Shown here: positions 61,472 through 64,000 of the stretch, in pieces
How the letters are laid out: every line of letters starts with the position of its first letter
Numbering within the stretch: position 1 is the first letter of the stretch
NCBI GenBank assembly: GCA_944391855.1
Contig: CALXVB010000003.1
Location: 1-64,000, forward strand
Length of the DNA: 64,000 nt
From: an uncultured Clostridia bacterium
GTDB taxonomy: Bacteria > Bacillota > Clostridia > TANB77 > CAG-508
Direction: 5' to 3'
Notes under the pieces: generated by a model
What the model was told of the DNA's origin: nothing
The model's database searches: none
What the model saw: only the letters and a program-made list of their open reading frames with translations
Translations under genes and position numbers: made by a program

Positions 61472-62162
61472 ATCTATTATAGCAGAGGGAAAAACAACAA
61501 CAGAAGCAATTTCTAATGGTTTAAAAATGTTGAATACTTCAAAAGATAATGTTAATATAAGAATATTAGAAGAACATGATAAAAGAAGCTTCTTTAGTAT
61601 ATTAGCACCAAGAGTAGTGAAAATAGAAATGTCTCTAAAAGAAAATAGAGAAAATGAAGAAGAAAACAGAAAACATATAGAAAAAGAAGTTAAAATAAAT
61701 GAGAATGAATTAAATTTATCAAAAGAAAAAATAGATAAATTTTTAGATGAGTTTGTTAAAGAATTTGATGACTTAAGTTATGATACTAATGTAGATTTAG
61801 AAAATGGATTTTTAAAAGTTAACATAGATGGAAATGATTCAAAAATGTTAATAGGATATAGGGGAGAAGTACTAAATGCTCTTCAAGTAATATTAAATTC
61901 TGTTTCAAATAGAGCATCAAAGGAAAAAACTAGAATTATATTAAATATCAGTAATTATAGAGAAAAAAGAGAAAAATCATTAGAAGAGTTAGCAGATAAA
62001 ATCTCAAAAACAGTTATTAGAACAGGAAAATCAATTACACTAGAGCCAATGATGGCTTATGAAAGAAAGATAATACATAATAGATTACAATCTAGTAATA
62101 AAGTAAAAACTTATAGTATAGGGGAAGAACCATACAGAAAAGTTGTAATTTCAAAAAAATAA
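61464..62162 (+). CDS. jag: Jag/KhpB RNA-binding protein (Jag_N, KH, R3H)
   Basis: 232 aa. N-terminus IIAEGKTTTEAISNGLKML. R3H region EPMMAYERKIIHNRLQ. Confidence 0.85.
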   Translation: MPKSIIAEGKTTTEAISNGLKMLNTSKDNVNIRILEEHDKRSFFSILAPRVVKIEMSLKENRENEEENRKHIEKEVKINENELNLSKEKIDKFLDEFVKEFDDLSYDTNVDLENGFLKVNIDGNDSKMLIGYRGEVLNALQVILNSVSNRASKEKTRIILNISNYREKREKSLEELADKISKTVIRTGKSITLEPMMAYERKIIHNRLQSSNKVKTYSIGEEPYRKVVISKK

Positions 62163-62309
62163 TATAAAATCCGAAGTCAAAGTGAAGATTTTAGTTACAT
62201 ATAGATAATTTAAATTTTATTTATATATACTATAAATTTACTTTGACTTTTATTTGTATAAAAATATTAAGTATCATTAAATTAAATTTATAAATTGAAA
62301 GGAGAAAAA

Positions 62310-63692
62310 ATGAATAATACCATAGCAGCAATATCTACAGCTTCAGGCACGGGAGGAATTGGAATTATACGTATGAGCGGCGATAAGTGTTTTGAAGTAT
62401 TGAAGAAAATATTTGTACCTAAAAATAAAAATGTAGATATAGATAAAGTAGAAGGATATACCATAAAATATGGATATATAATAGACTCAAACACAAAAGA
62501 AAAAATAGATGAAGTATTAGTATCTTTTTTTAGATCACCTAAAAGTTATACAACGGAGAATATGTGTGAAATAAATTCTCATGGTGGAATTATTATAGAG
62601 AAGAAAATATTAGAACAATGTTTAAATAATGGTGCGGATTTAGCTGAGCCAGGAGAATTTACTAAAAGAGCGTTTCTAAATGGAAGAATTGACTTATCTC
62701 AAGCTGAATCAGTTATAGATATCATAAATGCTAAAACAGATAAAGAGGCAGAAGCTTCATTTGAACAATTACAAGGAAATCTATCAAGAGAAATAGAGAA
62801 AATAAGAGGTAATTTATTAGATATTATGTCAGATATAGAGGCTTCTATTGATTATCCAGAATATGATATTGAAGAAACTACAGAAGAAAAAGCTATAAAT
62901 TTTTTTAAAAAAGAAAAAGAAAGGCTAGAATCATTAGAAAAAAGTTTTGAAAGTGGAAGATTATTAAAAGAAGGTATAAAAACCATTATAATAGGAAAGC
63001 CAAACGCAGGAAAATCTTCTTTATTAAATGTAATATTACGAGAGGAAAGAGCAATCGTAAGTGATTATGCAGGAACAACAAGAGATACCATAGAAGAATT
63101 TATTAATATAAATGGAATACCATTAAAGCTAGTAGATACAGCAGGAATAAGAGATACAGAAGATTTTGTAGAGAAAATAGGAGTAGAAAAGGCAATAAAA
63201 CTTGCACAAGATTCAGATTTAATAATCGCAATTTTTGATAGTTCTAAAAAATTAGAAGAAGAAGATTTTAAAGTGCTTGAATTAATAAAAAACAGAAAAA
63301 GTATAATATTATTAAATAAATGCGATTTAAGCCAAAAAAACAACGAAACAATAAATTATATATCTAGTTTAAATAAAACGGTTATAAAGGCTTCTATGAA
63401 GACAGAAGAGGGGATTAAAGAATTATATGACGAAATTTCAAATTTATTTAACAAAAAAGAAATAGAAGTAAATGATGGAATTATAATTACAAATATTAGA
63501 CATAAAAATTTGATACATAAAGCAGTAGATAACACTACAAAAGCAATAGAAAGCATACAGGATAAAATGCCAATAGATATTACAGCAGTATGTATTAAAG
63601 AAATATTAGAAAACTTAGGAGAGATTACCGGAAACAATGTTTCAGAAGATATAATAAATAAAATTTTTTCAAAGTTTTGTTTAGGAAAATAA
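62310..63692 (+). CDS. mnmE: tRNA modification GTPase MnmE
   Basis: I prefer ATG 62310 (MNNTIAAISTASGTGGIGIIRMSG), 7 nt after AAAGGAGAA, over the TTG at 62295. G1 motif GKPNAGKSSLLN, then DTAGIR, NKCD, and the C-terminal FCLGK. Confidence 0.95.
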   Translation: MNNTIAAISTASGTGGIGIIRMSGDKCFEVLKKIFVPKNKNVDIDKVEGYTIKYGYIIDSNTKEKIDEVLVSFFRSPKSYTTENMCEINSHGGIIIEKKILEQCLNNGADLAEPGEFTKRAFLNGRIDLSQAESVIDIINAKTDKEAEASFEQLQGNLSREIEKIRGNLLDIMSDIEASIDYPEYDIEETTEEKAINFFKKEKERLESLEKSFESGRLLKEGIKTIIIGKPNAGKSSLLNVILREERAIVSDYAGTTRDTIEEFININGIPLKLVDTAGIRDTEDFVEKIGVEKAIKLAQDSDLIIAIFDSSKKLEEEDFKVLELIKNRKSIILLNKCDLSQKNNETINYISSLNKTVIKASMKTEEGIKELYDEISNLFNKKEIEVNDGIIITNIRHKNLIHKAVDNTTKAIESIQDKMPIDITAVCIKEILENLGEITGNNVSEDIINKIFSKFCLGK

Positions 63693-63971
63693 AGGAAAAA
63701 CGTCTTTTTGACAAAACAGGAAGTATATTACGAGAAAAAACGACACAAGTACACCTTTACCAATCAGTAAAATCAACACTTGCAGAAAAAATGACAAATT
63801 TCGACAAAATCATTCGACTGTCAATAAGACAATAAAACAAACAAATAAATAAAACACTGATTATATAAAGAAAAAATAAAAATAATAAAAATGAAAAAGT
63901 AAATAATATTGTTTGTTAAGAATATGTCAAGTTTCATATTATTAAAATTTGGAAAGAAAAGGAGTAAAAAA

Positions 63972-64000
63972 ATGGAATATAACGCTGGAAAGTATGATAT
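63972..64000 (+). CDS. mnmG: tRNA uridine 5-carboxymethylaminomethyl modification enzyme MnmG, first codons only
   Basis: ATG 63972 after AAAGGAG. MEYNAGKYD... fits MnmG N-termini, and the position after mnmE is the conserved one. Only 9 codons are visible. Confidence 0.55.

Noticed and set aside
62295-62309. TTG start at 62295 for mnmE (track translation MKGEKMNN...)
   Set aside because: The extension is itself the SD (AAAGGAGAA) for ATG 62310. That ATG gives the conserved MnmE N-terminus MNNTIAAISTASG.

Overview
About 64 kb of a very AT-rich, Clostridia-like Firmicute chromosome that runs into and across the replication origin. All family calls come from motif recognition in the supplied translations and my own reading of the DNA; no database search was possible.

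**Right end (52.8-64 kb).** This is the canonical origin block. gyrB, remB, recF, dnaN and dnaA lie on the minus strand. rpmH, rnpA, yidD, yidC, jag, mnmE and the start of mnmG lie on the plus strand. oriC is bipartite, with DnaA-box clusters on both sides of dnaA. A perfect (TAG)6 DnaA-trio array and an A/T-only tract sit next to dnaN.

**Most unusual feature.**
- gyrA is not adjacent to gyrB. A 5.1-kb ultra-AT-rich insertion (47.6-52.8 kb) separates them. It carries a VirB4-like ATPase, a receiver-ParA/CpaE-like ATPase and two unknown ORFs.
- A second block lies on the other side of gyrA (39.2-42.65 kb, opposite strand). It encodes a VirD4-like coupling protein and VirB2-, VirB6- and VirB3-like membrane proteins, followed by dnaD-like and helicase-loader genes.
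- Together this looks like a relaxase-less type IV secretion-like gene set, split in two and embedded in the origin-proximal core.
- The first gene of each block appears to lack a canonical start codon. In both, a strong SD sits 8 nt before an in-frame ATT.

**Second notable item.** The tRNA-Lys(UUU)/Glu(UUC)/Thr(UGU) operon at 38.0-38.65 kb has a tRNA-Thr gene interrupted by a 237-nt group I (IC3-like) intron after anticodon position 36.

**Middle of the window.**
- A 2481-aa bimodular NRPS (C-A-T-C-A-T-R) lies divergent from an acyl-CoA ligase. It is co-transcribed with a 7TM sensor kinase and followed by a receiver-HD-GYP regulator.
- Ordinary genes include folC, htrA, tex, an ABC-F ATPase, corA, a VanW protein, a GT-C glycosyltransferase, an SDR and an SPFH/zinc-ribbon module.

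**Left end (1-4.4 kb).** This is part of a small integrative element. It has an integrase, a replisome organizer, an Xis-like HTH, an XRE repressor with a four-operator divergent switch, and a frameshifted AlbA_2/HATPase_c_4 gene. It ends at a 27-bp direct-repeat / 18-bp hairpin structure.

No CRISPR array, rRNA or transposase was seen.
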